Source: Myxococcota bacterium
GTDB lineage: Bacteria; Myxococcota_A; UBA796; CAJQPC01
Reading direction: 5' to 3'
DNA length: 64,000 bases
Assembly (NCBI GenBank): GCA_036229005.1
Contig: JAZAMN010000011.1
Span: 32,001-96,000 of the forward strand
The position numbers and the translations under genes were made by a program. The notes beneath the pieces were generated by a model. That model did not search any database, was not told the DNA's origin, and saw only the letters and a program-made list of their open reading frames with translations. Positions 61,419 to 64,000 of the stretch are shown here, piece after piece. Every line of letters begins with the position of its first letter. Position 1 is the stretch's first letter.

Positions 61419-64000
61419 ATGCTCTTGTTGTTGCTCTCCACCCTGGCGCTGGCCCAGGACTCCTCGCAGGGGCAGGCCCCGCCCCCTCCGGCGGCTGAAG
61501 AGGAGCCCCTCCCGATCCTCAAGATGCCGGCCATCGTGGAGTTCGTGCAGGCCCCCTACCCCCAAGAGGCCAAGGACGCGGGCATCGAGGGCCAGGTCCT
61601 GCTGCTCATCGAGATCGACGTGGACGGCACCATCTCCTACGCGGAGGTCCTGGACGACCCCGGCTACGGGCTGGGCCCCGCGGCCCTGGAGGCCATCCAG
61701 CAGAGCACCTTCACCCCCGCCGAGGACGCCAACGGCCCCGTGCCCGTGGCCCTGGAGTTCAACTACGGCTTCGTGCTGGACGCGGCCTCCGTCGAAGAGG
61801 CCGTCCCCGAAGAGGAGCTGCCCCCCGCCGAGCTCCCGGTCACCGTCGACGGGCAGATCTTCGAGCTGGCCACCCGCCGCAACCTTGGGGAGATGGCCGT
61901 CGGGCTCGTGGGCACCGAGTACACCACCCTCTCCGACGCGGACGGCCGCTTCGAGCTCCGCGGCGTGCCCCCCGGGACCTACGAGCTGGCCATCGCCCGC
62001 CCCGGCTGGGAGGAGAAGATCCTCCCCATCACGGTCGAAGACGGCAAGGTGTCCTCGGCTGAGGTCTGGGTCCGCAACCTGTCCTACGACGACGACACAG
62101 CCGTGGGGGTGTACCGCAAGAACAAGGACGAGATCACCACCCGCACCATCTCCATGACCGAGGCCCGGAAGATCCCCGGCACCTTCGGCGACCCCGTGCG
62201 CGTGATCCAGAACCTCCCCGGCGCGGCCCGGGCCCCCTTCTCCAGCGGCCTGCTCATCATCCGCGGCGCCAACCCCGAAGACTCCGGCGTCTACGTCGAC
62301 GGCATCCGCATCCCCTACATCTACCACCTGGGCGGCTTCGTCTCGGTCATCAACCCCGAGATGGTCCAGTCGGTCGACTACCTGCCCGGCTCCTACGGGG
62401 TGCAGTACGGCCGCAGCACCGGCGGCGCCGTCGACGTGGTCACCAAGAAGTCCTCCCCCGAGCAGAGCCGCCTGGTCTGGTCCACCGACGCCCTGGACTC
62501 CGGCGGCTTCTACGAGGGCCGGGTCGGCAAGGACGGGGAGCACCACGTAGCCGTCGCCGCCCGCCGCTCCTACGTGGACTACGTCCTCAAGCCCTTCCAG
62601 CGCAACCGGCCCTTCACCGCCAGCCCGCGCTGGTGGGACTACCAGCTCCGCTACAGCTACCACGGCTTCGAGAGGACCGAGGTCAGCGTCTTCTTCTTCG
62701 GCTTCGACGACACCCTGCTCGTCACCACCGACGAGAGCCTCGCGCAGGGCCCGGACCAGGACGCCCAGGGCGAGGTCTCCACCCACCAGTTCAGCCACCG
62801 CATCCAGGGCCGCATCGTCCACAACTTCTCGGACAGCCTCGCCCTGCGCGTCATGCCCGCCATCGGCGTCGACTACAGCTACTTCGGCCTGGGCCAGTCC
62901 TTCCAGCTCGACCAGACCCTCGTGCTCACCGAGGTCCGCGCCGAGCTCCCCTGGACCGTCAACGAGCGCGTCGAGCTGGTCCCCGGCCTGGACTTCATCG
63001 GGGGCACCTGGGACTTCACGACCGCGCTGCCCTTCAACCCCACCTCCTTCATCGAGTACGACCCCCTGGCCGAGCGCGAGCCCTGGGAGATCAGCGACAG
63101 CGGCGCCGGCTGGGGCCCCGACCTCTACCTCAAGGCCAACCTCCGCCCCTTCCAGGATCCCGAGCGTCTCTACATCCAGCCCGGCATCCGCTGGTCGACC
63201 TACACCATCACCGACCAGTTCTCCGCGCAGGCCTGGGACCCCCGCCTCGCCTTCAAGGCCAAGGTCAGCCCCACCACCTTCATCAAGGGCGCCACGGGCC
63301 TCTACACCCAGCCCCCCCAGTTCTTCGAGTCCTACCAGCCCGAGGCCGAGTACGACCTGGAGTTCGAGAAGGCGTGGGCCTCCTCCATCGGCCTGGAGCA
63401 GCAGCTCCGCCCCGGCCTGAACGTCGAGATCGAGGGCTTCTACAAGGAGCTCTACGACCTCATCGTCACAAACCCCGACTTCGCCGGCTTCGAGGACACC
63501 GCCTACGTCAACGACGGCACCGGCGAGATCTACGGCGCCGAGTTCATGCTGCGCCAGGACCCCATCAACCGCGTCTTCGGCTGGGTCAGCTACACCTGGA
63601 GCCGCTCGATGCGCCAGGACTACGCGGACTCCGACCCCTACCTCTACGACTTCGACCAGACGCACATCTTCACCGCCCTGGCCGGCGTGAAGCTCCCCTA
63701 CCAGTTCGAGGTCTCCGGCCGCATCCAGTACGTCACCGGCACGCCCTACACCCCCTACTCCGGGGCCTTCTACGACGCCGACCTGGACGCCTGGACCCCC
63801 TACTCCACCGGCAAGCGGAACTCCGAGCGCCTCGGCGACTACACCGCCGTCGACCTGCGCGCCGAGCGGGCCTTCGCCTTCAAGCACTTCCGTCTGCTCA
63901 CCTATGTCGATCTGCTGAACGTCTACCGCGGCGACAACCCCGAGTTCCGCCTCTACAACTACGACTACACCGACTACGTCGACGTCCGCGGGCTGCCCTT
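61419..64000 (+). CDS. TonB-dependent receptor with N-terminal TonB-C and carboxypeptidase-regulatory-like domains (runs off the window)
   Basis: Absent from the ORF track because there is no stop. MLLLLLSTLALAQ; YPQEAKDAGIEGQVLL; DADGRFELRGVPPGTY; plug KIPGTFGDPVRVIQNLPG...IIRG. Confidence 0.9.
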   Translation, partial: MLLLLLSTLALAQDSSQGQAPPPPAAEEEPLPILKMPAIVEFVQAPYPQEAKDAGIEGQVLLLIEIDVDGTISYAEVLDDPGYGLGPAALEAIQQSTFTPAEDANGPVPVALEFNYGFVLDAASVEEAVPEEELPPAELPVTVDGQIFELATRRNLGEMAVGLVGTEYTTLSDADGRFELRGVPPGTYELAIARPGWEEKILPITVEDGKVSSAEVWVRNLSYDDDTAVGVYRKNKDEITTRTISMTEARKIPGTFGDPVRVIQNLPGAARAPFSSGLLIIRGANPEDSGVYVDGIRIPYIYHLGGFVSVINPEMVQSVDYLPGSYGVQYGRSTGGAVDVVTKKSSPEQSRLVWSTDALDSGGFYEGRVGKDGEHHVAVAARRSYVDYVLKPFQRNRPFTASPRWWDYQLRYSYHGFERTEVSVFFFGFDDTLLVTTDESLAQGPDQDAQGEVSTHQFSHRIQGRIVHNFSDSLALRVMPAIGVDYSYFGLGQSFQLDQTLVLTEVRAELPWTVNERVELVPGLDFIGGTWDFTTALPFNPTSFIEYDPLAEREPWEISDSGAGWGPDLYLKANLRPFQDPERLYIQPGIRWSTYTITDQFSAQAWDPRLAFKAKVSPTTFIKGATGLYTQPPQFFESYQPEAEYDLEFEKAWASSIGLEQQLRPGLNVEIEGFYKELYDLIVTNPDFAGFEDTAYVNDGTGEIYGAEFMLRQDPINRVFGWVSYTWSRSMRQDYADSDPYLYDFDQTHIFTALAGVKLPYQFEVSGRIQYVTGTPYTPYSGAFYDADLDAWTPYSTGKRNSERLGDYTAVDLRAERAFAFKHFRLLTYVDLLNVYRGDNPEFRLYNYDYTDYVDVRGLP

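Noticed and set aside
59304..63887. 1527-aa minus-strand ORF
   Set aside because: Antisense to exbB-exbD-tonB-receptor, which carry clear motifs on the + strand.

Overview
This is a high-GC (~70%) chromosomal window. Its gene content (MYXO-CTERM-like tails, DUF507, an AgmX/PglI-type TonB domain, a TonB-fused TonB-dependent receptor, a kinase-cyclase-STAND-TPR fusion) points to a Myxococcota-like bacterium; that assignment is inference. The housekeeping and envelope core comprises lon, a DnaJ/CbpA-like chaperone, clpX-yqgE, M23 and M14 peptidases, a FliA/WhiG sigma factor, TRAP DctP and fused DctQM, PBP1A with two LPS-type glycosyltransferases, exbB-exbD-tonB-receptor, tRNA-Met(CAT) and tRNA-Cys(GCA). 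Most interesting: (1) a tandem operon of five paralogous lipoproteins (70-6760) with Cys/Asp repeat stalks of 11/12/7/4/10 units and a shared but highly divergent ~150-aa C-terminal head, a candidate polymorphic surface recognition system; (2) sigma28-like promoters before that operon and the adjacent sulfotransferase, while the orphan fliA-like gene has a sigma54 promoter and an IHF-like site, suggesting a repurposed flagellar-type cascade; (3) pervasive ultra-short (7-12 aa), mostly uncharged lipoprotein signal peptides; (4) a 256-bp phased box-palindrome and a hairpin-rich duplicated element at 7627-8143; (5) a lower-GC two-gene insert resembling a secreted Gly-zipper toxin plus 4-TM immunity protein; (6) a small lipoprotein built of three Cys4/His-rich 31-aa repeats. 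All family calls come from motif recognition by eye; no searches were run.
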